A stretch of 64,000 nucleotides of DNA from Eledone cirrhosa. Its lineage: Eukaryota. The notes below the pieces were generated by a model that saw only the letters and a program-made list of their open reading frames with translations, did not search any database and was not told where the DNA came from. Location of the stretch: assembly GCA_964016885.1 (NCBI GenBank), contig OZ024740.1, positions 351,912,001-351,976,000 of the forward strand, written 5' to 3'. Made by a program: the position numbers and the translations under genes. Positions 52,587-64,000 of this stretch are shown here, in pieces (the first letter of the stretch is position 1; each line of letters opens with the position of its first letter).

Positions 52587-55483
52587 ATTGCAGACATCAA
52601 GAATCTGTGGCTTCCTTTGAGCTGATAATATCTAAAAATATAATAATGTAAGGTGAAGAAAAAAAAGATAAGCTTAGTAATTCTGTTAAATCTAAAACAT
52701 AGTAAACATTATCTCTGTTATACCCCTCAAAATTTACAGAAGTCTATGGGAGGTGGTGGGGGTCAGATAGATGCTGATAATCAAAGTTAAAAGATATGAC
52801 CGAGTGTGTGTGTGTGCATGTGAGTGTGCGTCCTTACATTTCATAAGCATCCACTCATGTGAGAGTAGTATATTTATTAGACCTATGAATGTATGTGTAT
52901 ATAACACACGCATATATATATTTATATATAACACAATCACCTGACCCAATGTACCTCAAATGGGATGACCCGTCTAGCCCATACCAGCGTGGAAAATGAT
53001 GATGATGATATATTGTAGGATGAAAGGGTAAATTTCATTATCTTTAAGTAAGGCAAATATGTCTGTAGAATCGGTAGAGCATCAGACAGAGTGTCTTGTA
53101 ATAATTTTTTTTACTGCTCTTTATGTCCTGAGTTCAAATCCTGCTGAGGTTACCTTTGTCTTCCAGTTCAAACCTGGGGTCAATTTATATTCTTATAAGA
53201 CACCCTGGATATGAATAAAATTATCATAGAAGTTTGCTATAGCTTTAATTATAATTAGCAATTTATTAACCTGTTGACTGCCATGTATATTTTACACAGC
53301 TACAGCTGCTGTGCCGGGATTTTTTTCAATAATGTTTTTTTAAACAAACATTTATTAACAACACATATCAATAAACTAGTAACCCCACCTAGCTTTGAAG
53401 TTATGAAATGTTGGAAAAGAGTTCAAACATGTTAGGATGAGTTATCTTGTCTGTGGCACTGGAATGCATACATGTTAGGACGAGTATCTCGTCTACGGCA
53501 CTGAAGAGCTTAAAGCTAGTTACCATCTAAAACGGCACTGAAGAGCTTAAAGTTAGTTACCATCTATATATGTGGACTGGTGTTCCTGTATTTTTGCAAA
53601 ACTTAAATGAATTAATTGATATTGGATATTTATAGTAGAGTAGCAAAGTGGTAAAAGCAAAAAAAAAAAAAATTTTTTTTTTCATATGAATAATCAATTG
53701 TCATATGTTGGCCTGTGGGTGTTCTGCGTTTGATAACACCATGCAATCTTGAGGAGAGTCTTTAAATAAATTATTTGATCTGATAGTGTTTTGACAGTAT
53801 CATCACCATCATGATCATCACTATTTTACATCAATTTTCCATTCTTACATGGGTTAGACAGGTTGTCACATTCTGAGGCTAGACAGGCAGGTCAGACAGC
53901 TGCGTCTTGCACATAAGTAGGTTCCATTTTAGCATAGTTTCTATAGCTGATTGCAATTTTTCCTGACACCACCACTTGCATTTTCCACTATATTAAGTAT
54001 AAATGCCTTGTTGTTGCAAGAGAATAAGGACCTTTGTTGATTGATGAAGTTAGAAAGGTTGAAGCAAATAGTAATGTCCACTTATAACCTGCCCGGGTCA
54101 TATGTAAAATGTAGTCCCCATGCTAGATATGTTGATAATATGCCCATGCTAGACATGAAATGTGGACCCAATTTTAAACTGCCCATTAAAGTATTTTCAT
54201 AATTACTGCTACAAACATAAGATTTATAAATGCATTAGAGGTAAATACATGTACCTGTAGTGCATATGATGGACTTACAAGTAACAGATCACAAAAACTT
54301 GGGGTAATTAGGCCCCATCCAAATCGTGTGTGTTTATTTTGTGGCTTTTGTGCTCTATAATTTAGTGAGTTAACAAATGGAGATTAATAAAATAAGTACC
54401 AGGCAGGATGAAATAATTACTGGAGATGATATGATTGACTAAATACCTGAAGATCAATTACTTAAAACAGTAAAAAGAACATATATATATATATATCCAC
54501 ACTGTAAATGCGGTTGGTGTTAGGCAGGGCATGCAGCCGTAGAAAACCTGCCAGATACGAGTGAGACACAGTCACCTGACCAATCTTGCCTCAAATGGGA
54601 CAATTCCCGCCTAACTTATGTTAGCATGGAAGATAGACGTTAAACGATGATGATGATGATATACATAAATATTACATATATATATATGTATGTATATAGG
54701 AAAAGAGTCAGGACTGCGACAGCTGAGCTCTGGCTTTTTCGACAGCTAGATCCAGATCTATTACCCACTCTACTACCCTAAGTATTGAGTACTCTGGTGC
54801 ATTATGGTCCACCTGGTATGTTACCACACCCTCTTTGTTATATATATATATATGGCCAGTCCACACTGTAAAGTGGTCATGTAGGTGTCATGAAAAAAAG
54901 CACCCAGTACACACTGTAAATGTGGATAGTGTTAGAAAGAGCATCCAGCCATAGAAACCAAGCCAAGAATAAGTTCTGTATGAGTAAGACATAGTCATCT
55001 GACCTGACTTGCCTCACAATGGGACAACTCGTCTAACCCATACTATGGCGGAAAAATAGACAAGCGATGATGATGATATATATATATATGGGAGCATTTC
55101 ATATATTGCATGATCACTTTTGCAAGCAAAGGTTGATCTATCTTGAAATATTACAAAATAAAAACAAAAAGAAATGTAAGAACTTTACAAAAGATATATA
55201 AAATGTAAAAAATAAAATGAAAAAAAAAGGTAAAGTAAGAAAGTAAAAAAATATTCTGACTTCAAAGAATCTGGGTTAAAAACGATAATGAAGACTCCCA
55301 ATATTTCCCTGGTGGATTGATTAAGCTTAATACTCAATAGGATTAAGTTTTACAGCTTCCAAACACAAATCACCAGGATAAAGTAGTCCAGCGTAGTCAT
55401 TGATGTTAGGCATAGATGGATAGTCAACCAAATACTAATATATATCGTTACTTTATACCTTCCTTATTTTATATTTTGTTTTG

Positions 55484-55542
55484 TCAGTCAATATTAAGTC
55501 TCCTGGCTACTTTTGTATCATTGTTTGCTTGATTAGAACTGT
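55484..55542 (-). CDS. Candidate terminal coding exon xSSNQANNDTKVARRLNID*
   Basis: Strong acceptor TTTTCTATTTTCAG, phase-1 open frame to TGA, followed by unique AT-rich UTR-like sequence. Confidence 0.4.
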
Positions 55543-56751
55543 CTGAAAATAGAAAACACTACATACACACATACACACATGCACATATATACACAAGCAT
55601 GCATATATGTGTAATAAAACACACTGGAGACAATACACATACACAAGCACCCTAACACAAATACATGCGACAAACATCAGATATGTTGTTATTATTCCTC
55701 ACTTCAATTCACAGTTTAATACTGTTTATATACAAAAAATATTTCTTATTTTTCCTGATGTATTTATATTCCAATAGGCAGTAAATTGATAAATTACTGT
55801 AGTTATTCTGGTTCTCTGTTTTTTTAATTCAAATCCTGCTGAGGTCAACTTTGCCTTTCATTTTTTGAGAAGATGGGGATGAGGATGGAAGGCATTAAAT
55901 AAGGTAATAGTCCAAAAGAGTAAATCAGCAGAATTGTGAGTAAATCAGCAGAATTGTTTGGACATCGGACAAGATGGGTTATAATAGTTATTCTGGTTCT
56001 TTGTTCTTCTGAGTTCAAAATCTCACTTAGCCTACTTAGTTGACAAGTTTAATCCAGCACCCAATTTAATATCACCATTTGGTGATGATGATGATGGTCA
56101 TGGATGTAATACCTTTTCTCATATGTCTGTTCGATGAAAGCTGAACTTGGACTCAACAATAACAAAAGACACACTGGATAATGTAATTGTGTAAAACAAA
56201 AAGACAGGGTGGTCATAACAAGACTATAGGTGGTGCTAAACCAGTGTTGACTTGGGTTAAACAATAACAGCAATAGTACTTGGACTTATGTCAATAAGAA
56301 AGTATGAACTTGTTACTTAGAAGTTAGGAGTCCAGCAACTTTTTATCTTCATTCTAATGAAATTCCTGAGATAGAAACCAACCCATACATACAAAGGAGC
56401 TATGTGGTTGCTGTTTAGCCTTGATTGAATATACTTTTGATCAAATATGTATCAACAATGACTACTTTACCTTTTTGTATACTAAGGATCACATTTACTA
56501 ATGTATCCTTTACTTAACACTTTTGTTACCATATTTCTAATGAAAGAACATGCTTATGGTTTTTAAATAATTTTGAAAAAAATCAAGACTTTGAGATTTA
56601 GTAATGTAACTAATTTTCTCATTATTAAGCTGGTTGATTAGCAGAATCACTAGAGTATTGGACAACACATTTCTGTGGTCGATAGATTAAAGTACCAGTG
56701 ATGTACTAAGGTTAATTTAATCAACTTTCTTCTCCCTAAATTGATGGCTTT

Positions 56752-56970
56752 GTGGTGGATTGGCAGTATCGGTAGAGGGTCGGACGCCATGCCTTGCAGC
56801 ATAGGGTTACGGCCCTTTATAATCTGAGTTCAAATCCCGCTAAGGTTAACTTTGCCTTTCATCCTTATGTGTTTGATAAAATAAAGTACCAGTCACGTAC
56901 CGGGGTCGATTTAATCGACTTTCCCATCCTCTAAAATTGCTGGCCGTGTGCCTATATAAGAAACCATTAT
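56752..56970 (+). mobile_element. Meta-domain-like tRNA SINE, well-preserved copy of the most abundant family (about 20 copies, e.g. 1370-1505, 8120-8350, 15003-15180, 24133-24315, 36488-36800 tandem pair, 37917-38055, 42620-42865, 44228-44432, 44975-45345, 60795-60985, 62325-62520, 63700-63800)
   Basis: TGGCAGTATCGGTAGAG A box, GAGTTCAAATCC B box, GCCTTTCATCCTTACGGGGTCGATAAAATAAAGTACCAG core, GCTGGCCTTGTGCCAAAAGTAGAAAC(ATT)n end. Confidence 0.85.
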
Positions 56971-57753
56971 TAGGCTCGTGTTTGGAAGATAAGATTTTTT
57001 ACATAAAATTATGAGTAATGATTTTTAGATAAATATAAATACTTAAACATAAACAGCTTAGTATTGTAAAACCAGGAGTGGTTTCAGGCAGATTGGCATT
57101 GAATAGGTTAAGATGGTCAGGTTAAATTTGAGGAAGATTCAGCTACAGTTTCTAACAAGTCAAGTGACTGCATAAAGGCTTCCTCTTTGGCTTCTCATAG
57201 CTATGTAATGTTATTTGGCTAAGTCTCACTTAGTATGGTGTACCAATCTCCTTGGTCAGCTTGTGAATGAGGTGAGGAGGAGGCTGTATGAAGACTACTT
57301 CTCACTTCCTCACTTGACTTAGATGTAGAAGTGGTTCTACATAAACCTACAGTCCACTTCTGACCTTTGATTTTACAAACGAAAGTGAACTTGACTCATT
57401 TCCTAGCTTACACTATATATGCAATCAGAAAAACATAAACATCTTTACATTCTGTGCACACTATAAAGGTATGTACTGATGGACACGTGTGTGTGGGGAG
57501 GTGCACAGATAAATGCCACATAGCGCATATGATTTCAAGTGCTATTGTGGAGAAGGGTGTAAAATCCCCCCCCCCCCCTCACACACACTTTTACTCTCTT
57601 TGTCTCTACATCCATCATTATCATCATTTTATATGTGTTTTTCTATATTAATATGCACTGGATGGACTGTTACAGTCCATGTCAGTGTATATTTACAGCA
57701 CAGCAGCAATATTGTACAAGCAATAATACCAAGATATAAGCAATAATACCAAG

Positions 57754-57786
<33 letters not shown>

Positions 57787-58093
57787 TATATAAAGAAAAA
57801 AAGATGAAATCGAAAATGCAATTGGAGTCTTATTTAAAAAAAAATATATATATTTATTTGGTTCCTTTACCGGTTCGCAGTTCTTCAAAACAGTCATATA
57901 TGAGCCCCCCCCCCCCCTTGTTTGAAGAACTTTGTAACGCGAACTGGTGCGAAATTTATTATAATTATTGACCAACCAATCAAATTGCTTCTCTAAAAAC
58001 CTGGCGTTTCGAGCCACTTTTTTCCATATAAAACAAGTAACATTCACAGACCAACCAGATGTGAGAAAAACCACAGACCCTCCATCTCAACCC

Positions 58094-58133
58094 TACTTTT
58101 GAAAAGCAGAAGAACTGCGAAACCGGTAAAGGA
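58094..58133 (+). ncRNA. Decayed minimal hammerhead motif
   Basis: tactt-TTGAAAA-gcag aagaa ctgc-GAAA-ccgg-TA-aagga; two changes from CTGAAGA, palindromic ACCGGT helix III. Confidence 0.55.
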
Positions 58134-58261
58134 ACCAAATAAATATATATATTTTTTTTAAATAAGACTCCAGTTGCATTTTCGATTTCATCTTTTTTTC
58201 TTTATACTTTCACTCATGTAGGACACCTCGGTTATTTTTCATTTTGTAAAAAAAACCTCAC

Positions 58262-58311
<50 letters not shown>

Positions 58312-58354
58312 ATGATATTAAATAAATGGAAACTATATTTATAAAACCATATTT

Positions 58355-58413
58355 ATTCTATTATATATATTTCAAGGGTACCAAAACTTTGGCACGCTCT
58401 CATCAGATAAAAT
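58355..58413 (-). ncRNA. Minimal type I hammerhead ribozyme motif (inverted twin)
   Basis: Minus strand ttttat-CTGATGA-gagcgtgccaaagttttggtaccctt-GAAA-tatata-TA-atagaat. Confidence 0.75.
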
Positions 58414-58483
58414 ACAAAGTTTGTTTTATAAATATTGACATCTCCAGAAATGAGACCTTAACAGTTCAAGGTTTACCTGGATA

Positions 58484-58542
58484 GTTTTATCTGATGAGAG
58501 CGTACCAAAGTTTTGGTACCCTTGAAATATATATAATAGAAT
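58484..58542 (+). ncRNA. Minimal type I hammerhead ribozyme motif
   Basis: gttttat-CTGATGA-gagcgtaccaaagttttggtaccctt-GAAA-tatata-TA-atagaat. Intact core, helices I and II pair, helix III is the palindrome ATATATAT; predicted cleavage after 58535. Confidence 0.75.
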
Positions 58543-60293
58543 AAATATGGTTTTATAAATATAGTTTCCATTTATTAGTATCATTGATATTATACTCCAG
58601 AAAACTTGTTGAGTGCTTCGAATCAGTTATAAATATATATATTTGTTGAATTACCAACAAATTAAATATCCCTTTGCTTATATATATATATATATATATA
58701 TATATGTAGAAATGGCTTCTACAGGACTAGAACTGTTTCATCATATTGAGTACCTTACTTACTGTGGTTACCTCCGATTGAACCCGGGATATATATATAT
58801 ATATATATATACAAACTCCCATGCTACAATATACCATATATACTCAAATATAAGCTGATCTGAATATAAGTTGATCCCTATTTTATGTCTGAGAAATAGG
58901 CCAAAATTCAAACCCCATTTAAAAGCTGAACAGCTTTTAGATAGCATGGTTTTCAAATTCTCAAGTTTTTCAAACTTTTATTTACTTCCTGCCACTGACA
59001 TGCTGGGAGTAGTACTTTGAAAGCAAGAGATCGAATAAGAGAACTTTGTAAAGGGATTCATAGAGTAGAAGAGGGAAAGGCAGCAAATAAGAGAGAGGGC
59101 AAAAGCAAGAAGTGAGAGCAATAAAACAGTCAGAAGTAAAATTTCAATCTTACATAAGATAGAAAGAAAAAGTATTATTAAGTCAGAGAAAATAGTTGCC
59201 ATGTGTGCATGTTTGTATAGGGGATATTTATGTATTAAAATGTTCAAATTACAAAATTTTGTTGGGAATATTTTCAAGGGAATGAATAAATAATACTAAT
59301 GATAATAAGTAAAAAAACAATTTGTTTCATTATAAAATAATGACATGATATTTTAGCATCTTATTTATGTAGAACCTGAAGTTGGTGAAAATCTGCAAAA
59401 TATTGATCTCAAATATAAGTTAGCCACATTTTACCACGTTTTTTTGTTTTGTTTTTTGTCACATATTTCTCAGCTTATATACAAGTATATATATATAGCC
59501 AGAAACAGTTCTATATGAGCAAGACATAGTCACCTAACCCAACCTGCCTAAAATGGGACAACCTGTCTAATCCATGCTAGCATGGAAAATGGAAGTTAAA
59601 CGATGACGATGATATCTCAGTTGCAGCCTATATTGGCATTTCATGTGTATTAAAACTACATTTATAATACAGCTTCTGGCATATGAATGTTTATACACCC
59701 ACACACCTACAATAGTACACATACAAATGCTTAGAAAAATTGTATAAACCCATATAATATACATACATACATGCACACTATATTTGCATTAATACAAATA
59801 TAGCCAAGCATACAGACACAATACATATACATATGTAGGCATCAAAATATGTTTATAGCTATAGAAAATTGTTCAGATTATTTCTCAATATTGGTGGCTA
59901 ATTCAAATATGTATACAAATATATATATATATATATATTTGATATACATACATATACACAGATATATATTTCATTAACATATTGTACTGTTTATACAGTT
60001 TAGATATTCCTTATTTTATCTATGTACTCACATTGGAGGAGCTCTTTATTTATATTTCACTATAATAGTGTTTATCTTCCTGGCTGTGCATAATAAAGGC
60101 TGTTTAAAGATATGTCAAGAAATTTGACATTCAACATAAGGGTCTAACTGTAAGCCATGTGTGTACTAGAACAGAATAGAAGGTATTCTACTGTCACAGA
60201 TGGAGAAATGGGATACCATTTGTTTCCTTATATATATTTATTCTGTAATGTAAATAAGGTGTGTGTATTATATACATAAATTTACACACACAT

Positions 60294-60373
<80 letters not shown>

Positions 60374-61934
60374 GCATTAACTCTAACATAGCTTTGTATG
60401 TGAAATACATGAAGTTGTATATCTGGTGACATACGGTGTGTACACACACACACACACACAAATATATATATATATATATATATATTTATACACACACACA
60501 CACACACATATATATAATATATAGATAGTGTATTTGGCATTATTGTAATAGGGATTATCCCAAACTGGCAAGTGACCCTTGGAAGTCCCCCCCCCTTCCC
60601 CCTACTGAGGAATTTGCCTTTGTTTTCATTTTTTTTTTTATTACATCCTTTGTTTTTGTTTTTACATACAGAAATACTCATTTGTACCGGCCTGTGTTGT
60701 CCTTAATGTTATGTTTTGTGTCAACCCTTCTGGTTAATAAAGCAAACATTATTGTGATAGGGATTTACATATGGGGATTAATGTTATTATTATTGGCAGT
60801 AATTGGTAGAGTGCCGGGCAACATGTTTTGCAGCATATAGTTATGTCCCTTTACGTTCTGAGTTCAAATCCTGCAAAGATTAACTTTGTCTTTCATCCTT
60901 ACGGGGATCGATAAAATAAAGTACCAGTAATGTACTGGGATAATTGCTGGCCTTGTGCCAAAAGTAGAAACAAGTATTATTATTATATAGGACATTTGTT
61001 AAAAGGTGGGTGAATGTAACAAGAATGGCCAAACTGAATGAGCCTACTCTGTGCAAGAGATTGCAGAAAGAAGAGGGGCACTTTCCTATGGTGCTTTTGG
61101 CATTCAGTGTGGTTCTGGATCAGTTGGGTTCTGAAATTACTCTTGTGTGGTGCTCCCCTCTATTGAGGAATTCTTTTGTGATGTTTTTTTTTCTTTGTTT
61201 ATTTTTACTACTTATATATTTTTCTTTTTACACACTTCTTTATATGTAAATCCCCATTGTCCTTGTCTATTATATTGTCCATAATGTTTTGGGGGTCCCA
61301 GTGGCCAATAAAGAAATCATTGTTATCATGTCCTCATCATGACAGTTGTTATAGTCACAATGTTTGGATGAACTCTTTGACTTTTTTTAAGATGTCTGTG
61401 ATATTCAGTAACATTCTTGGAATTTTTAACAGAACCCTTTATTTAATATAAGGAGATAAATTATTCTCATTTTATTGTCTATACCAGGAATATTCTTGTA
61501 TTTCTTATTCCTACTTGTGATGCCACTGGCTCAATCTACTTGTATATATTAGAGTGGTTATTTCTAACACTTTGAGTAATCAGGTAGTGGTTCTCATATT
61601 TGCATAATACTGAGAAGTTAAAGAGTAAAGAGGAGATTTGTAAATATATATATCTATTTGTATGTACCAAATACCAGAGTGTTCATGGAAGTGTTCATAG
61701 AGTTTTCACAAGAAATTATTAGAAGGCTTCATCATTATGCACACACACACACACTCTCACACACACAAACACACACTTCATGCAAAAAGAAATAGACAAG
61801 TGTGCTCAAAGCTGTTAAAAAGTCATAGAAATTACGAAGAGGAACTCTGTGCCTATTGATAAGGTTATTCCTTTGAGTAAAATACATGAAAATACGTTCT
61901 TCTTCACCTTTTCTATATGATATTGCTAAGAATT

Positions 61935-62300
61935 AATATAGGTGCCCCCCACCCTCTCAGTGTACAGCCTCCGGAGTAAGAACTGACTGCCTTGCACATG
62001 CCAACTTTGGGCAACTGAGCCTTGATATCCCATAGAATAAAATTTGGTTCTATCTGGCCTTGTGCGTCTGTGGAGCACACAGCCCTCACCCACAGGCTGA
62101 TGTACCAGGGGAAACCTGTAATGATTTGCAGCAATATCATGTACACCAAATGAATGCCTCTACTTAATCACACAGTGGAGATACCAGAATGACGTATTCA
62201 TTGTTCCTGTTGTAACATCAGAGACCCAGAACACTGCTTACAAAGAACTTACTATCATTTCTGTTAGAACAGACAATGCAGGACCATTAGCCAATGTGTG
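61935..62300 (+). pseudogene. Very decayed probable CRE-clade C-terminal fragment
   Basis: LSVQPPE*ELTALHMPTLG resembles LLA...ESGAWL.ALP..SLG; later RYQNDVFIVPVV..IISVRTDNAG. Confidence 0.45.
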
Positions 62301-62837
62301 TTTCATGTCACAACAGCAGATATGATTTCTACTATAGGCACAAGGCCAGCTATTTTCTTTTTTTTGGGGGGGGGGGGGTTAAATCGACCCCAGTGCATTA
62401 CTGGTGCTTTACTTTATCAACCCCGTAAGAATGTAAGCGAACTGAGAACTTGAGACTTGAAGATCCATAACTCTATGCTGCAGAGGATGGTGTATGACAC
62501 TCTACCTATACTGCTAATCCGCAGTAGATATACTACCACATGTCCTTAAAGCAACAGTTAACCAGCTTTTTCATTTCAAATTTCACTTATCTTTTAATCA
62601 CATCTTAAAGAGCCGGTCATATTTATGGTAATTCAAAAATAATCAAACCACTAATATAAATATTCTCAACTTCCATTTGTACCAAAACTTTATATACACA
62701 TGATGTCCCCCAAAAATGTATACACACTTCAACATTCTTATAAATATTGCCTATACAGGTAATCAAAGTGTGTATACATTTTTGGGGTAATATATATATA
62801 TGAAGAGTGTCCCCCAAAATGTATACACACTGTAGTA

Positions 62838-63098
62838 GGAGGCACATGACTTAATGGTTAGAGCATTGGCCTTGCAATCGAAAGGTTGTGAGTTCAATTC
62901 TCAGACTGGGGTCCCTATCATTCCACTGCAAAGTGGTCGTGGAGGTGCCACGGCAAAAAAAGCACCCAGCACTCACTGTAAATGAGGTTGGTGTTAGGAA
63001 GGGCATCCAGCTGTAGAAATCAAGCCAGAATCAGTTCCCGTCCCACCCTTGCAAGCAGGGAAAAGTGGACGTAAAATGAAATGAATGAAGAAATGATA
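62838..63098 (+). mobile_element. Internally deleted copy of the tRNA/RTE-tail SINE
   Basis: Head and tail nearly identical to 3855-4193, but the CORE-like segment is missing. Confidence 0.85.
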
Positions 63099-63225
63099 TA
63101 TCCAGCTGTAGAAATCTAACCAGAAACACAGTCACCTGACCCAACATGCCTCAAATGGGACAACCCGTCTAACCCATGCAAGTGTGGAAAGTGGACGTTA
63201 AACGATGATGATGATGTATATGTAA

Positions 63226-63266
<41 letters not shown>

Positions 63267-64000
63267 TATCAGGGAAAACAGACATTAAATGATGATGATG
63301 ACGTTTGTGTGTGTGTACATATTTACATACATATGCACAAATACACACTCACATTAATCAGTTTCTTTGAATATTATCTTATATGTACCAATAAGGTTAT
63401 CATCCAAAACACATTTAAAATTTGGTGATGTGGTAACTAGGTTACTAAGCAAGTCATTTCTATAAATAGCCAAACGATTTCTTAGATATATATATTGTAA
63501 ATTTTCCTTCAGATTAATTAAGCCTCTTTATCATATCTAGGATAGCTTCCTTTTAAAATTGGATATTTTATCATTGATCATATCAAATATTTAATAATAG
63601 TATATAATACATAAACACATTTTTATATCTAGAAATATTAGTATATACTAAATTTGATAAGGAATAAATTTTGTTGTTTTTTAAAATAAAGATAAATTAA
63701 TAATTGTTTCTACTTTTGGCACAAGGTCAGCAATTACCCCAGTGCATTACTGGTGCTTTGTTTTATCGACCCCGTAAGGATGAAAAGCAAAGTTAACCTC
63801 AAAATTAATAATATTAGATATTATGAGAAAACTCTTTTTTAACTGTATTTCTAATGCAGGATTTCCCAAACACGGAACCCCTAAAGTCTAATATTTTTAT
63901 ATGGTCATAATATAAATACGCTCCTCTACTTTTTTCCCGGAAGCCCAAACACTCCCTTACGGAACGCTTGGGTTCTGCGGAACCCACTTTGGGAATCACT

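Overview
AT-rich eukaryotic, repeat-dominated intronic/intergenic DNA. The (TA)n/(CA)n microsatellites and the tRNA-derived SINE and RTE repertoire suggest a coleoid cephalopod such as Octopus (inference). The only long genuine ORF is a near-full-length RTE-clade LINE (APE endonuclease + RT, 29506-32580). It has a C4HC3 PHD-type zinc finger inserted in the RT C-terminal region and is followed by a 5'-truncated sister copy. The rest is many SINE copies (Meta-like; CORE-like with several different tails), RTE 3'-tail copies, decayed CRE-clade retrotransposon C-termini, piggyBac/hAT/Tc1-type MITEs, a non-autonomous Helitron and two retroelement-derived minisatellites. The most notable hidden signal is a set of unrelated short elements inserted in (TA)n that carry minimal type I hammerhead ribozyme motifs with palindromic helix III and/or terminal fold-back inversions (Penelope pLTR/retrozyme-like). 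Host-gene evidence is limited to a CpG-rich region at 20-21.9 kb and a few short candidate exons. Almost all ORF-track entries are microsatellite artefacts.
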